64,000 bases of DNA from Prochlorococcus sp. AG-679-M23 (GCA_003208875.1 QCUR01000007.1:28354-92353), one strand, 5' to 3'. Numbered from the stretch's first letter, positions 1-11,101 are shown. Notes: generated by a model from the letters alone, not told the origin. Program-made: numbers and translations.

Positions 1-169
1 CTTTAATAAGCCATTTATCTGGTAACCCAATTTGAACAAATAATAATTCGACCCACCAAGGGAGAGATTTATCTTTTTTATTATTTGAATTTGGTGAAGC
101 TTTTAATTTTTTATTTTCAAAGGTTGGATCTTTTATACCTGGGACCTTTCTTGATTCTTTTTTCTCCAT
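1..169 (-). CDS. hypothetical protein, 5' part (runs off window start)
   Basis: Manual translation from ATG at 169: MEKKESRKVPGIKDPTFENKKLKASPNSNNKKDKSLPWWVELLFVQIGLPDKWLIK, open to the window edge. Confidence 0.65.
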   Translation of the reverse strand, partial: MEKKESRKVPGIKDPTFENKKLKASPNSNNKKDKSLPWWVELLFVQIGLPDKWLIK

Positions 170-304
170 ATCATCAAATGTCTTATTTGGAATATAGTGG
201 TTTTATTTTGATTTGAAAACTATATTTTTATTTTTTAAGTTTTAAATTGATTTATACATGATTTTGATTATTGTAAATTTGTAATTTAAATATATAAATT
301 CATA

Positions 305-574
305 ATGCCTAAAAAAAGAAGAAAGTTAAATAAAGATTTCGAGAAAAAAATATATACTTCAAAAAAAAATGTGGAATTAGTATTGGCTAAAATTTATGAT
401 ATTGACGACGAGGATATTCAAAAAGAATATATGAGCGCCTTTAACGATGTTGTTTATTCTTATGATCAATTAAAAAATAACTATGAATTAACTGGATTTA
501 ATGATAATTCTGACAAATTGATTGCTGACTACAACAAAGCTTTTTCTCTTTTTGAGTCAGAGTTTGAAATATAA
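305..574 (+). CDS. hypothetical protein (89 aa, basic N-terminus, acidic helical body)
   Basis: ATG-initiated ORF filling the gap, divergent from the first gene. Confidence 0.75.
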   Translation: MPKKRRKLNKDFEKKIYTSKKNVELVLAKIYDIDDEDIQKEYMSAFNDVVYSYDQLKNNYELTGFNDNSDKLIADYNKAFSLFESEFEI

Positions 575-581
575 AATAGAT

Positions 582-791
582 TTATTTTTTGAAAGGTATT
601 ACTGGAATTTCAATTTTATTCCCTTGTAATAAATTTAATTTTTTAAATTTTAGGTTTTTTATACAAGTAGATCTTTTTGACTTCTTTTGACATATTTCTT
701 TTATTTGATAATCAGAAAGTGAATAAGCACTATTCTCAAATAAAAATAAAATAAAAAAAAATAAAAGGGGATTGAAAAATAATTTCATCAA
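582..791 (-). CDS. small putatively secreted protein with a Cys pair
   Basis: Hydrophobic signal-like N-terminus ending AYS; C-x8-C. Confidence 0.65.
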   Translation of the reverse strand: MMKLFFNPLLFFFILFLFENSAYSLSDYQIKEICQKKSKRSTCIKNLKFKKLNLLQGNKIEIPVIPFKK

Positions 792-831
792 ATTTTTTAT
801 TTTAAAGAAAGTTTAAATCTTATTTTTAAGA

Positions 832-1110
832 TTAACCATAATTACAAAAATCTAAAAGCTTTTTTAATTCATCTTTACTTAAGTCTGTAGAAATAAAAAC
901 TTCTTGAGCTGTTTTCCCTCGTCTTGCAATTGCTTTGTAACCGTTAATTGTCTTTACAGATACTCTTATAACTAAATTAGTAGATCTCCCTCTTACTCTT
1001 GATATTATTGCTGGGGTTATAGTTTTAATTCTTATGTTTAAGGCAAGTTTTTTAAGAACTGGAATCAAACCTTCTATGTGTGTACTATGGTTTAAAACAA
1101 CTCTTCCCAA
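832..1110 (-). CDS. DUF2103 family protein
   Basis: N-terminal GRVVLNHSTHIEGLIPVL and C-terminal ARRGKTAQEVFI motifs. Confidence 0.8.
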   Translation of the reverse strand: MGRVVLNHSTHIEGLIPVLKKLALNIRIKTITPAIISRVRGRSTNLVIRVSVKTINGYKAIARRGKTAQEVFISTDLSKDELKKLLDFCNYG

Positions 1111-1240
1111 GGTGGTTACTCTTTTTATAGATATTGTATTTAATAGAATTAGTTTCTGAGAAATAAATTTTTGTTTGAAAAGGATTGTATTAAAAAATTT
1201 TTTTTGGTAGTTCTGTTATATTGGGTTTATTAATTAAATT

Positions 1241-1345
1241 ATGATGATTTTTCAGATAGGCTGGGCTGCTTTAGCAGCAATTTTTACTTTTTCAATTGCT
1301 ATGGTTGTTTGGGGCAGAAATGGTGATGGTTCTATTGATATATGA
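1241..1345 (+). CDS. petN: cytochrome b6f subunit 8 (PetN)
   Basis: Not in ORF track; manual translation [34 protein letters not shown] with the PetN signature [16 protein letters not shown]. Confidence 0.95.
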
Positions 1346-1484
1346 TTTTTCATCATTTAACTATGAAGATTATTTAAGCAAATTTCTTATTTTTGCTTCT
1401 TTTGCTCTACTAAGTCTAATTACTGTAGCAGTAATTTATATTTCTTATATTTCTTGGAAAGATAAGAGAAGATTAGAGAAATAA
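1335..1484 (+). CDS. small single-pass membrane protein (start uncertain: TTG 1335 or ATG 1320/1326)
   Basis: 3' part of track ORF 1296..1484; TM helix [22 protein letters not shown] followed by WKDKRR; overlaps petN end. Confidence 0.6.
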
Positions 1485-1499
1485 TTTTTTAATTAAAAA

Positions 1500-2108
1500 C
1501 TATTTCTTCTTTTCTTTCTTATCTTTTATTTTTGCTTCTTGAAGTAGTTCTTTCGCCTGTTCCATTTTTATAATACTGCTTTTATAAATTCCAATATCCT
1601 TTTCTGCTTTATTAAATGATAAATTTAATTTATTAATGATATCTGAAATGATTTTATTCTTTTCAGAATCCTTAATATCCTTGAAATCAGTGGCATTAGC
1701 TATAATTAGGTAAATACCTAAATTCAATATCCTTGAAGAGTATAGATTAGTATCTGATTTTTCTTTTAATAAAATAGAGATTTCTTTTAAGGATTTATCT
1801 TTGTAGCCTTCAAGAGTTTTCTTGGAAGTTTCTTTTATTTTTTTAGGTTCAAAATTTGAGGAATTACATAATGATTCAAAAAGTACCACTAAATGTTCCT
1901 CGGGCTTATAACCTTTCGTTAATTCTTTGAATGTTTCTGTAAGACCAACACAAAATAAATCATCTTGTATAAATTCATTTTGGTGATTTAAAAGATTTAG
2001 TTCAACAAGCATTTCATCAACTATCCTTTTATATAAACCTGGAATTACGTAAGGAAATTGTTCATGAAATAACTTTTTGCTATCTGAGACAGTCAATTTT
2101 TCTTTCAA
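1500..2108 (-). CDS. psb29: Psb29/Thf1 PSII biogenesis and FtsH accessory protein
   Basis: TVSDSKKLFHEQFPYVIPGLYKRIVDEMLVELNLL motif; start moved to TTG at 2108 (202 aa). Confidence 0.9.
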   Translation of the reverse strand: MKEKLTVSDSKKLFHEQFPYVIPGLYKRIVDEMLVELNLLNHQNEFIQDDLFCVGLTETFKELTKGYKPEEHLVVLFESLCNSSNFEPKKIKETSKKTLEGYKDKSLKEISILLKEKSDTNLYSSRILNLGIYLIIANATDFKDIKDSEKNKIISDIINKLNLSFNKAEKDIGIYKSSIIKMEQAKELLQEAKIKDKKEKKK

Positions 2109-2188
2109 TTGTTTATATGTAAACCTTAATAACCATAGCGTATGTTGAGTCAATATCGTTAAGATCTAATAAACAGATAAATATTATT

Positions 2189-2779
2189 ATGATCCCTTTA
2201 GTTTTAGAAGAATCCGGCGGTAGTGAAAGAGTATTTGATATTTACTCGAGACTTTTAAGAGAGAGGATTATATTCTTAGGAGAACAAGTAACTAGTGATA
2301 CTGCTAATAGAATTGTTGCTCAATTACTTTTCCTTGAAGCTGAAGATCCTGAGAAAGATATCTACATGTATATTAATTCTCCTGGAGGCTCGGTTTATGA
2401 TGGTTTAGGTATTTTCGATACTATGCAACATGTAAAGCCTGATATACATACCGTTTGTGTTGGGCTCGCTGCTAGTATGGGTGCCTTTTTACTGGCAGCT
2501 GGAACTAAAGGTAAAAGAAGTAGCCTGAGACATTCAAGAATTATGATTCATCAACCTCTTGGAGGTGCAAGAGGACAAGCCAGCGATATAAGAATTCAAG
2601 CTGATGAAATTTTATATTTAAAAGAACGTTTAAATACTGAGTTATCTGAAAGAACAGGAAAAGAACTTGAAACCATTAAGGAAGATACTGATAGAGATTT
2701 TTATATGTCTCCGCAGGAAGCAGTAGAGTATGGTCTAATAGATTTGGTTTTAGATAAAAAACCAATAAAAAATACTTAA
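2189..2779 (+). CDS. clpP: ATP-dependent Clp protease proteolytic subunit
   Basis: [31 protein letters not shown] (catalytic Ser), RIMIHQP. Confidence 0.97.
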   Translation: MIPLVLEESGGSERVFDIYSRLLRERIIFLGEQVTSDTANRIVAQLLFLEAEDPEKDIYMYINSPGGSVYDGLGIFDTMQHVKPDIHTVCVGLAASMGAFLLAAGTKGKRSSLRHSRIMIHQPLGGARGQASDIRIQADEILYLKERLNTELSERTGKELETIKEDTDRDFYMSPQEAVEYGLIDLVLDKKPIKNT

Positions 2780-4689
2780 TTAAGTATTTGTGGAGTTCTT
2801 TCTTTTTCAGGAATTTGTGTAAATTCAGAAAGAATTTTTACAAACTCTTCACCATCCAATGTTTCTTTTTCTATTAAAAGATCTACTATTTTATCCATTG
2901 CCTTCCTGTTTTTACTTATTATTAAATAGGTTTGCTTATAACAGTCTTTTACCATAACTCTTACACTTTCATCAATTTGTTTAGAGATTGAGTCTGAAAC
3001 TTCGCTTCTAGTCATTAAATCTCTTCCTACAAAAACTTCTTGATTACCACTTTCAAGAGCAATTGGACCAAGCTCACTCATTCCAAATCTTGTAACCATT
3101 TGTCTAGCCATTGAAGCAACTTGTTGAAAATCTCCTCCAGCTCCAGTTGTTATTTCACCTTTACCAAAAACAACATCCTCAGCAGCTCTTCCTCCAAGAG
3201 CACCCATTATCCTTGCCTTCAAATTTGCCCTACTTATAAGAGATTGATCATCATCAGGGGTAAACCAAGTAAGACCTTTAGCTTGTCCTCTTGGAATTAC
3301 AGTTACTTTCTGAACAGGATCATGAGCTTTTACTAAAGTTCCTATTATTGCATGACCAACTTCATGATAAGCAATTAATCTTTTGCTTCTTCCATCTGTT
3401 AGCGGAGAACCTTCCATTCCGGCAACTATTCTATCAACTGAATCATCAATTTCTAAAATGCCTATTGACTCTTTTCTTCTTCTTGCGGTTAAGATTGCAG
3501 CTTCATTTAGAAGATTTGCTAAATCCGCTCCAGTAAAACCAGGTGTCCTTCTCGCAATACTTTCTAAAGTTAAATCTTCCTGAAGAGTTTTATTTTTTGA
3601 GTGAACTTCAAGTATAGATAATCTCCCTTTAATATCAGGAGCATCAACTGTAACTTGTCTATCGAATCTTCCTGGCCTCATTAAGGCTGAATCCAAAACA
3701 TCTGGACGGTTAGTTGCAGCAATAATAATAATCCCACTATTACCTTCAAACCCATCCATTTCAGTTAGAAGTTGGTTAAGAGTTTGTTCTCTTTCGTCAT
3801 TTCCACCACCGATTCCAGCTCCTCTTTGCCTTCCTACTGCATCAATTTCATCAATAAATATTAAGCATGGACTATTCTCTTTGGCTTTTTTGAAAAGATC
3901 CCTAACTCTACTGGCACCTACTCCAACAAACATTTCTACAAATTCTGAACCTGCAAGCGAGAAGAATGGAACTCCTGCTTCACCTGCAATTGCTTTTGCT
4001 AAAAGTGTTTTACCAGTTCCAGGAGGACCTACAAGTAAAACCCCTTTGGGTATGCGAGCACCAACAGAAGTAAATTTTTCAGGTTTTTTTAAAAATGTAA
4101 CTACCTCTTCTAAATCTTCTTTTGCCTCATTAACTCCTGCGACATCGTCGAATACAACTCCAGTATCAGCATCCATAGCAAATCTAGCTTTTGATTTTCC
4201 AAATTGCATAGCTTGACCTGGTCCACCAGGCATACCATTTGATCTCCTAGCTAAGAGAATTAAACCTCCTATTAGAATTGCAGGGAAAAGAAGATTACCG
4301 AGAATACCTAATGCTGGTGGTGTAGTTTTCACAGGGTGAACATCAAAACTTATTCCTTCATTTTTGAGATTAGTTATTAATTCAGGTGTAAGACCAGGCA
4401 AGTCAACTCTCAATCTTTGTACTTTGTTATCCAAATCTGAATCTATAGTTTCGATAACAGCATTTCTACCTCCATCAAAAATATCAACTGATGTAACTCG
4501 GCCTGATTTAATATAATCTAAAAATCTTCCATAACTAACTCTTGCTACAGCTGAATTTTTAGGTGCTATTGTAGTACCATTGGATTTTAATGAATCAATA
4601 TTGCTTGTTGAGAGGAATTGATACGAAAGAGCGATGACTAAAATAATTGGAAGCGCCCATAAAATTATTGTTTTGAGTTTTTGATTCAT
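2776..4689 (-). CDS. ftsH: ATP-dependent zinc metalloprotease FtsH, FtsH2 type
   Basis: Two TM segments, Walker [14 protein letters not shown] zinc motif; lumenal domain YGRFLDY..GRVTSVD resembles cyanobacterial FtsH2. Confidence 0.97.
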   Translation of the reverse strand: MNQKLKTIILWALPIILVIALSYQFLSTSNIDSLKSNGTTIAPKNSAVARVSYGRFLDYIKSGRVTSVDIFDGGRNAVIETIDSDLDNKVQRLRVDLPGLTPELITNLKNEGISFDVHPVKTTPPALGILGNLLFPAILIGGLILLARRSNGMPGGPGQAMQFGKSKARFAMDADTGVVFDDVAGVNEAKEDLEEVVTFLKKPEKFTSVGARIPKGVLLVGPPGTGKTLLAKAIAGEAGVPFFSLAGSEFVEMFVGVGASRVRDLFKKAKENSPCLIFIDEIDAVGRQRGAGIGGGNDEREQTLNQLLTEMDGFEGNSGIIIIAATNRPDVLDSALMRPGRFDRQVTVDAPDIKGRLSILEVHSKNKTLQEDLTLESIARRTPGFTGADLANLLNEAAILTARRRKESIGILEIDDSVDRIVAGMEGSPLTDGRSKRLIAYHEVGHAIIGTLVKAHDPVQKVTVIPRGQAKGLTWFTPDDDQSLISRANLKARIMGALGGRAAEDVVFGKGEITTGAGGDFQQVASMARQMVTRFGMSELGPIALESGNQEVFVGRDLMTRSEVSDSISKQIDESVRVMVKDCYKQTYLIISKNRKAMDKIVDLLIEKETLDGEEFVKILSEFTQIPEKERTPQILN

Positions 4690-4801
4690 TAACTTATTTC
4701 ATAAATAAATTTTTTCAATTCTAGAATGAAACGATGCATTTCGTTGATATTTTTCTTAACTTAATTTTTATAGTAGATTTACTTTACTTTAAATAACTTT
4801 A

Positions 4802-5017
4802 ATGGAATTTAATATTCAGGATAAAGTTAAACTGAAAAATCCTTTGTCTTATCTTAAAACCTCTGACAATATGCCTATGCTAAGGCCACCTGACTTAGTA
4901 GCTATTGACGAAGTTGGAGAAATTATAGCTATAAAATCTCCGGATACTGTTGAAATAAAATTTAGAAGAGGATCTTTCTTAATTGATACTGACAAGATAG
5001 AAAAAACACAAATTTAA
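4802..5017 (+). CDS. sipA: SipA (NblS-interacting protein, DUF3148)
   Basis: YLKTSDNMPMLRPPDLV and FRRGSFLID motifs. Confidence 0.85.
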   Translation: MEFNIQDKVKLKNPLSYLKTSDNMPMLRPPDLVAIDEVGEIIAIKSPDTVEIKFRRGSFLIDTDKIEKTQI

Positions 5018-6243
5018 AAATTTTTTATCCAAAGTTTATTAATTTCATTACATATTTTTTCGTCTCCATAAATACTTAAAAAGGGTTTTGTTAAATATTT
5101 TTTGGTTACTTTCAAAATATCTGCAGGGTTTACATGATTAATTTTATTTATAAAATCATAATTTTGGTCTAATGAATATCCCATATATTGAATTTTCCTG
5201 TGTAATATTTCATTTAAAGTTTGGTTAGATATTAAAAATGAACTTTTCAATTTAATCTTTGCTAAATTTATGTCTTTTTCGGTAATTGAGGAAGATAATA
5301 ATTTTCTCCATAATTCGGATAGGATTTCAAATGCAAGAAGCGCATTTTTATTTGAGACAGAAAAATAAACTAAAAAAGGCGAATTTTCTTTTCTAAAAGG
5401 GTTATAGACCCCAACTTCATAAGTTAAACCATTCCTTTCTCTGAACAATTTGAACAACACAGAGCTCATTCCATATGAGAGATGTGATTCTAAAATTTTC
5501 AAAGGTAAGTATTCATAACTTGATATCGGACATGTTTGATTACCTAACATTAAAATTATTTGATTCGACTTCTGATATGTACTTACAAACCTATTCAAAA
5601 GATTAGGTTTATTGTTGTAATTTTTGCTTTCTCCGTTGTGAGTAATTTTATTTTGATCAATATTTTTGTTTAAAAAATCAAAACTTTTATTTTTGATTTT
5701 TAAATTATTAGAAATTAGATACTTATTTCTGTTTTTAAAATTCTCATATTCACATAAAATATCATTATGAGTAATTTTTAAAATATCTTCTTCATATCCA
5801 GAAGAGTTATATGCGTAGGAATGTTTTAAATAAACAATTTTCCTCCATTTTTCAAAGGTAATATTAAATGGATTTTCCCTATCTTTTTTTAAGATATTTA
5901 TAGTTGATTTCTTTACATTTTGGAATTGTTTATATAAGAGTGATGGTTCATTTATAATTAAATTTATTAAAGGTAAAAGTTTATTAAAATGTTCATCTAA
6001 TGATTTGAGGCTTATTATCATACCGTCCTCTAATGTCTCTAGATTTAGTTCCGCTCCATGAGAATCAACATACTCTGAAAAAGCTAAATTTTCAAAACCT
6101 TTACATCCTCTTGTTAATAATGAGCAAAGAATTTGATTGATCCCTTTTTTCCCTTCAATATCCATATTGCTTCCACCATTTATCCAAACCATCGCAATTG
6201 AAAAATTATGACAAATTTTTGTTTCGTAATGTGCTTTTATCAT
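5014..6243 (-). CDS. M16 family peptidase, non-catalytic subunit
   Basis: M16 fold motifs (LLTRG, LFRERNGLTY) but HxxEH absent; ATGA overlap with partner. Confidence 0.85.
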   Translation of the reverse strand: MIKAHYETKICHNFSIAMVWINGGSNMDIEGKKGINQILCSLLTRGCKGFENLAFSEYVDSHGAELNLETLEDGMIISLKSLDEHFNKLLPLINLIINEPSLLYKQFQNVKKSTINILKKDRENPFNITFEKWRKIVYLKHSYAYNSSGYEEDILKITHNDILCEYENFKNRNKYLISNNLKIKNKSFDFLNKNIDQNKITHNGESKNYNNKPNLLNRFVSTYQKSNQIILMLGNQTCPISSYEYLPLKILESHLSYGMSSVLFKLFRERNGLTYEVGVYNPFRKENSPFLVYFSVSNKNALLAFEILSELWRKLLSSSITEKDINLAKIKLKSSFLISNQTLNEILHRKIQYMGYSLDQNYDFINKINHVNPADILKVTKKYLTKPFLSIYGDEKICNEINKLWIKNF

Positions 6244-7490
6244 TTGCCTGTTGATGCAATCAAAGTAAATTTATTTCTTGATAAATAATTTATGATTTCC
6301 TTAAAATTATTTATATTATTCCAGTAATCTAAGTGATTGTTTAAATCATTTAGAGTATTTTTCCTACCCCACAAAAGCTCATTTCCAAAAAATGAAGTTA
6401 GTTGTGTTGACGTTTCTAGATTAAAAATATAGTTACTTTTAACAATATTAATTGCTTTTCTAATCTCATTTAAAGTTAAATTTTTACAACTTATAACTTC
6501 TTGAATTGTTTCATTGATTTCTTCCTCTACGTTTTTTAAATTTATTTTGTCGCAGCAAGCTTCAATTACTAGTAAACTGCCAAATTCTCCACCATTTACA
6601 TCTACATATATTGATTCAACTAGGTTACTTTCTTCCTTTAAAGATTTTACTAATCTGCTATTTCTTCCAACACAAAGTATTGATGCTAATATTTCAAAGC
6701 CAATATTCATTTTTTGATTCTTTAGGCTGGGTATACTCCATGCGATGAATATTCTAGACAATTCAATATTCTTAAAATAGATCTCTTCTCTTCCAGTGCT
6801 TGCGACTACAATTGATTTATCATTATTTTTTATTTTAGAAGTTTCATCAGGATCTAGATAAGAAAATTTGTTTTCAAGATATATTTCAAAAGTTTTCTCA
6901 GATAGATTTCCAGCAATTGCAATACAAAAATTATTTTTTTTGTAAAAGCTTTTGTGAAATTTTTCTAAATCAGCTTTTTTTAATGATTGGAGATTTTTTT
7001 CTGTGCCTAATATTGTTTTGCCATAATTATTATCCTTCCATACTCTGCTTAAAAAATAATTATAAAGTCTTTCATCAGGCTGATCATTTTGTTGTTTTAT
7101 TTCATCAATGACAACACTTTTCTCTTTTTCAAATTCATGAATATTAATACTTGGAGATAAAACAATGTTTGTCAAAAGAGCTAGTGATTCTTTAAAGTTG
7201 TTTTCAGGTATTAATACATAGTAATGTGAATCATCATAGCCAGTTGAAGCGTTGCTCATCCCCCCAAGAGATTCGATCTTATAATCAAATTCTCCTGGCA
7301 TTAATTTGTTACTACCCTTAAAAATCATATGTTCCAAAAAATGAGCTGTTCCGCCTCTATCTGATTCCTCAAATGCAGATCCTGCTTTAAACCAAAAATC
7401 TATGCATATAAGAGGTAATTCTTTTTTTTTCACAAAAACGCATTTAGGTTTGCTTGAATGGTTAAAGTATTTAACTTCTCCTGGTTTCAT
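6240..7490 (-). CDS. M16 family zinc peptidase, catalytic subunit
   Basis: GTAHFLEHMIFKGS (HxxEH), NASTG, EKSVVIDEI. Confidence 0.92.
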   Translation of the reverse strand: MKPGEVKYFNHSSKPKCVFVKKKELPLICIDFWFKAGSAFEESDRGGTAHFLEHMIFKGSNKLMPGEFDYKIESLGGMSNASTGYDDSHYYVLIPENNFKESLALLTNIVLSPSINIHEFEKEKSVVIDEIKQQNDQPDERLYNYFLSRVWKDNNYGKTILGTEKNLQSLKKADLEKFHKSFYKKNNFCIAIAGNLSEKTFEIYLENKFSYLDPDETSKIKNNDKSIVVASTGREEIYFKNIELSRIFIAWSIPSLKNQKMNIGFEILASILCVGRNSRLVKSLKEESNLVESIYVDVNGGEFGSLLVIEACCDKINLKNVEEEINETIQEVISCKNLTLNEIRKAINIVKSNYIFNLETSTQLTSFFGNELLWGRKNTLNDLNNHLDYWNNINNFKEIINYLSRNKFTLIASTGK

Positions 7491-7530
7491 TGAAATCCTT
7501 TCCTTATTTTAATTTTGATACTTTTTAAAC

Positions 7531-8256
7531 TTGTTGTCTAAATCTTTAACCAAAACTAAATTAATTGATCCACTTATTTTGACTTTATTGCAAAATATAA
7601 AGGTTCAGAGGTCTAAGCTTAATGACCTCAATTGCATAGAGGTAGATCCTAAACTTTCAAACATAATTTCCAATGTAGAAGGTGAGGAGCTTTATATAGA
7701 AAATGAATTTTATAAAGCAAAGGGATTTAGAAAGTTACATATTGAAGTGGCTGAATTTTCAAAAAGTCTAAAGATTCTACATTGCGTATTTTTCCCTGAC
7801 CCAAAGTATGATATTCCAATATTTGGAATGGATTTGGTTAAAGTTAATGAACTAGTTTCAGCAGCTATTGTTGATTTATCTCCTTCATCGAAGAACCAAA
7901 ATTTAAAATACGATCATTTATTGTCTAATATTGATAAAAGTGTTTTTAAATCTAAAAGGAAAATTCCAGACTGGGGAAATATTTTCTCTAAAAATGTTTT
8001 TTTTGCTTCCTTAAAAAATAAAAGTGAAAAAAATGCTTTTTGTAAAATAGTTGATAATTATCTTTCTGTTTTAATTCAATTAACTCAAAGTACTAGTCCT
8101 GATTCTGATTATGAAATAATTGAAGAAAGAATTAATTATCAAAAAAATTATTGTGTTCAACAAATGAAAAATGAAAAAACAAGGTTAGTTTTGCTTAAAT
8201 ATTTTGATAAAGTATGGGTAGATGAATATATCAAAAAAGTATTATTTGATTTTTGA
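7531..8256 (+). CDS. pcyA: phycocyanobilin:ferredoxin oxidoreductase
   Basis: [45 protein letters not shown]. Confidence 0.93.
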   Translation: MLSKSLTKTKLIDPLILTLLQNIKVQRSKLNDLNCIEVDPKLSNIISNVEGEELYIENEFYKAKGFRKLHIEVAEFSKSLKILHCVFFPDPKYDIPIFGMDLVKVNELVSAAIVDLSPSSKNQNLKYDHLLSNIDKSVFKSKRKIPDWGNIFSKNVFFASLKNKSEKNAFCKIVDNYLSVLIQLTQSTSPDSDYEIIEERINYQKNYCVQQMKNEKTRLVLLKYFDKVWVDEYIKKVLFDF

Positions 8257-9170
8257 TGTATTTAAATAATTTTAAAAATATAATCTTTTATTTTTTGATA
8301 TTTTTACCATTATCGATCGGAATAAATTCATGTTCTCAAAATAAAAAATTAAATTCTGATTCTAATATAGAAATAACTTCTAATTTTATTCCTGTAATAG
8401 AATCAGTTGCAGCATTAGGACAACTTTCTCCAGCTGGGGATATTAGGCAATTAGCAGCACCAATCTCTCAATTTGGATCGTCTCCTCGTTTGTCTGAACT
8501 ACTAGTAAAGGAGGGTGATTTTGTCAAGAAAGGTTCAGTTCTAGCCGTTTTTGAAAATAGAAAGAAATTAGTTGCAGATCTTGAAAAAAAGAATAACCTA
8601 ATCAAAACTAATATTTTAGAGATTTCATTAAAAGAAGATCAAATTAAAAGATATGAGTTAGCCGTTGAAAAGTCAGCATACTCTTTTGTACAACTTTCTC
8701 AGAGAAAAGATGAATTATTAAAATTACAAAAACAAAAAATAATTAATATTGGGGATAAAAAAAACATTGAGATAGATCTTTTTAACTCTCAACTTAGAAG
8801 CCCAATTGATGGCTATATACTTGATGTTCATACAAGGGTTGGAGAAAGATCTAAAAACGAAGGGATACTTGATATTGGCTCAAGTCAGAATATGGAGGCT
8901 CTTATAGAAGTCTATGAATCTGATATAAATAGAGTATTTATCTCGCAAAATGTTGAGTTAAGTAGTGAAAATGGAGGCTTTAAAAAAATACTGAAAGGAG
9001 AAGTAATAAGAATTAGCCCACAAGTAAAACAAAGAAAGGTCTTATCCACAGACCCTACAGGTGATGCGGATGCTCGTATTATTGAAGTTCTTGTAAAACT
9101 AAATCCGGAATCTATAAAATTAGTTAAAAATTATACTGGTATGAAAGTTATTGCAAAATTCCTCCCTTGA
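8256..9170 (+). CDS. devB: DevB-like membrane fusion protein of ABC exporter
   Basis: Lipobox-like GINSC, VAALGQLSP, LRSPIDG, EVYESDI, DPTGDADARIIEV; TGATG overlap with pcyA. Confidence 0.85.
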   Translation: MYLNNFKNIIFYFLIFLPLSIGINSCSQNKKLNSDSNIEITSNFIPVIESVAALGQLSPAGDIRQLAAPISQFGSSPRLSELLVKEGDFVKKGSVLAVFENRKKLVADLEKKNNLIKTNILEISLKEDQIKRYELAVEKSAYSFVQLSQRKDELLKLQKQKIINIGDKKNIEIDLFNSQLRSPIDGYILDVHTRVGERSKNEGILDIGSSQNMEALIEVYESDINRVFISQNVELSSENGGFKKILKGEVIRISPQVKQRKVLSTDPTGDADARIIEVLVKLNPESIKLVKNYTGMKVIAKFLP

Positions 9171-10342
9171 TAAATTTTTCTTTCATAAAATTCAGGAAAA
9201 TCCCTTTAGCTTGGTTGTTACTAACAAGACAGCCACTCAGGTTAATAGTTGCTATTGCAGGAATTAGCTTCGCGGGGATTTTAATGTTTATGCAATTAGG
9301 ATTTCGAGATGGATTATTTGATACAAGTGTAACTATTCATAAACTTTTGGATGCTGATCTTGTGTTGATAAGTCCAAGATCAAAAAGTTCTATAAGTATG
9401 AGTGGGTTTCCTAAAAGAAGATTAATTCAAACTTTAGCTTTAGAAGACGTAGAAAAAACTGCACCTGTTAACTTAACTTATCTTCTCTGGAGGAACCCAG
9501 AGAATCTAAAAACAAGATCTATTTTAACCTTAGGATTTAATCCTTCAGATTCCCTTTTACTAGATGATGGATTTTCAAGAAAGGCTGATAAACTTAAAAA
9601 TCCAGGAAGAGTTCTTTTTGATAAACTTTCAAGACCAGAATTTGGGCCTATAGAAGATTGGTTTCTTTCGGAGAAGAAAGTAGAAACCGAAGTTGCGGGT
9701 AAAAGAGTACTAGTTGAAGGCCTTGTTGAGTTAGGTCCTTCCTTTGGAGCAGATGGAAACCTCATAACAAGTAGAGAAACATATCTAAGGCTTTTCCCTG
9801 CAAATCCAAAAGGGAGTATTGAAATAGGTTTAGTGAAACTGCGAAGTAGTTCAAATCCTATTCTGGTATCTAAAATTTTAAATAAGTCTTTACCGAATGA
9901 TGTGCGTGTTTTAACAAAAGATCAATTTATAGAATTTGAAAAAAATTATTGGAAAAACAGTACCGCGATTGGCTTTATATTTAGTTTAGGAGCTTTGATG
10001 GGCTTTGTAGTTGGTTGTGTTGTTGTGTACCAAATACTTTATAGCGATGTTACTGATCATCTTCCTGAATATGCAACCTTGTTGGCTATGGGGTATAGAT
10101 TAAAGACTTTGTTTTTTGTTGTAGCTAGAGAAGGCTTTTTATTAGCATTATTTGGCTATTTGCCTGCTTATTTTTCTGGGCAAATACTTTATTCAATTGT
10201 CCGAAATTCTACAAAATTACCAATAGTAATGGATGCCAATAAAACAATTTTAATTTTTATTTTGATCTTGATTATGTGTATGGGTTCTGCTGGAATTGCT
10301 ATGCGTAAATTAGTCGATGCAGATCCTGCTGAAATATTTTAA
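9167..10342 (+). CDS. devC: DevC ABC exporter permease (FtsX/MacB-like)
   Basis: LAWLLL..RL.VAIAGISFA.ILMFMQLGF, YQILYSDV..HLPEYATL.AMGY, ADPAEIF. Confidence 0.92.
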   Translation: MINFSFIKFRKIPLAWLLLTRQPLRLIVAIAGISFAGILMFMQLGFRDGLFDTSVTIHKLLDADLVLISPRSKSSISMSGFPKRRLIQTLALEDVEKTAPVNLTYLLWRNPENLKTRSILTLGFNPSDSLLLDDGFSRKADKLKNPGRVLFDKLSRPEFGPIEDWFLSEKKVETEVAGKRVLVEGLVELGPSFGADGNLITSRETYLRLFPANPKGSIEIGLVKLRSSSNPILVSKILNKSLPNDVRVLTKDQFIEFEKNYWKNSTAIGFIFSLGALMGFVVGCVVVYQILYSDVTDHLPEYATLLAMGYRLKTLFFVVAREGFLLALFGYLPAYFSGQILYSIVRNSTKLPIVMDANKTILIFILILIMCMGSAGIAMRKLVDADPAEIF

Positions 10343-10356
10343 CCAGACTTATTTTT

Positions 10357-11079
10357 ATGTCTAAAGCCATCAATAAAAAAGATAAAAATTCAAAAACTGT
10401 TTCTATAAATAATTTGAGTCATTATTATGGGATTGATGAAAATAAGAAACAAGTACTTAATAATGTAAATTTCTTTATTGAAAAAGGAGAGTTAGTTCTT
10501 TTAAAAGGACCTTCTGGATGCGGTAAGACAACTCTTCTAACCTTAATAGGTGCATTGAGAACATGCCAAAGTGGAGATTTGACAGTTTTAAATAATCAAC
10601 TAAATGGAGCTTCAAGAAAAACTAGACAAAAACTTCGAAGAAATATAGGGATGATTTTTCAAGGACATAATTTGCTTAGATGTTTAACAGCAGAACAAAA
10701 TGTTCAGATGGGAGCAGATCTAATTACAAACTTAACGTACTTACAAAGAAGAGAAGTAGCTAGGAAGTGGTTATCTGCGGTTGGTTTAGAGAGTCATCAT
10801 AAAAAACTGCCAAATGGATTGTCAGGAGGGCAGAAACAAAGGGTTGCAATCGCAAGGGCATTATCCGCGAATCCCAAACTTTTACTTGCGGATGAACCTA
10901 CTTCAGCTTTAGACAGCGTCACTGGAAGAGAAATAGTTTCACTTTTGCGGAAATTAGCAAAAGAGCAGAATTGTTCTGTCCTTATGGTTACTCATGATCC
11001 TAGGATTTCAGATATGGCTGACAGGATATTAAACATGGAAGATGGTAAGATATTTAATGCACTTAGTGAGCTAAGATAG
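10357..11079 (+). CDS. devA: DevA ABC exporter ATP-binding protein
   Basis: GPSGCGKTT, LSGGQKQRVAIARAL, LLLADEPT. Confidence 0.92.
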   Translation: MSKAINKKDKNSKTVSINNLSHYYGIDENKKQVLNNVNFFIEKGELVLLKGPSGCGKTTLLTLIGALRTCQSGDLTVLNNQLNGASRKTRQKLRRNIGMIFQGHNLLRCLTAEQNVQMGADLITNLTYLQRREVARKWLSAVGLESHHKKLPNGLSGGQKQRVAIARALSANPKLLLADEPTSALDSVTGREIVSLLRKLAKEQNCSVLMVTHDPRISDMADRILNMEDGKIFNALSELR

Positions 11080-11101
11080 TCAAAAGTAAAAAAGAATTTT
11101 T

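Noticed and set aside
1296..1334. N-terminal part of track ORF 1296..1484
   Set aside because: Lies within petN in another frame; the real start is probably later.
3121..4216. Plus-strand ORFs inside ftsH, and similar 60-130 aa antisense or off-frame track ORFs inside the M16 gene, devC, recG, ddpX, sir, glyS, chlP, the VanY-like gene, lptB, glpX, CIA30, ilvD, cobW, purS, fbaA, the Gfo/Idh/MocA gene, prk, leuB, lpxD, yqeG, the CofE-like gene, ycf55, hisA, pgsA and futC
   Set aside because: Shadow ORFs overlapping well-supported genes; no motifs; expected from codon bias.
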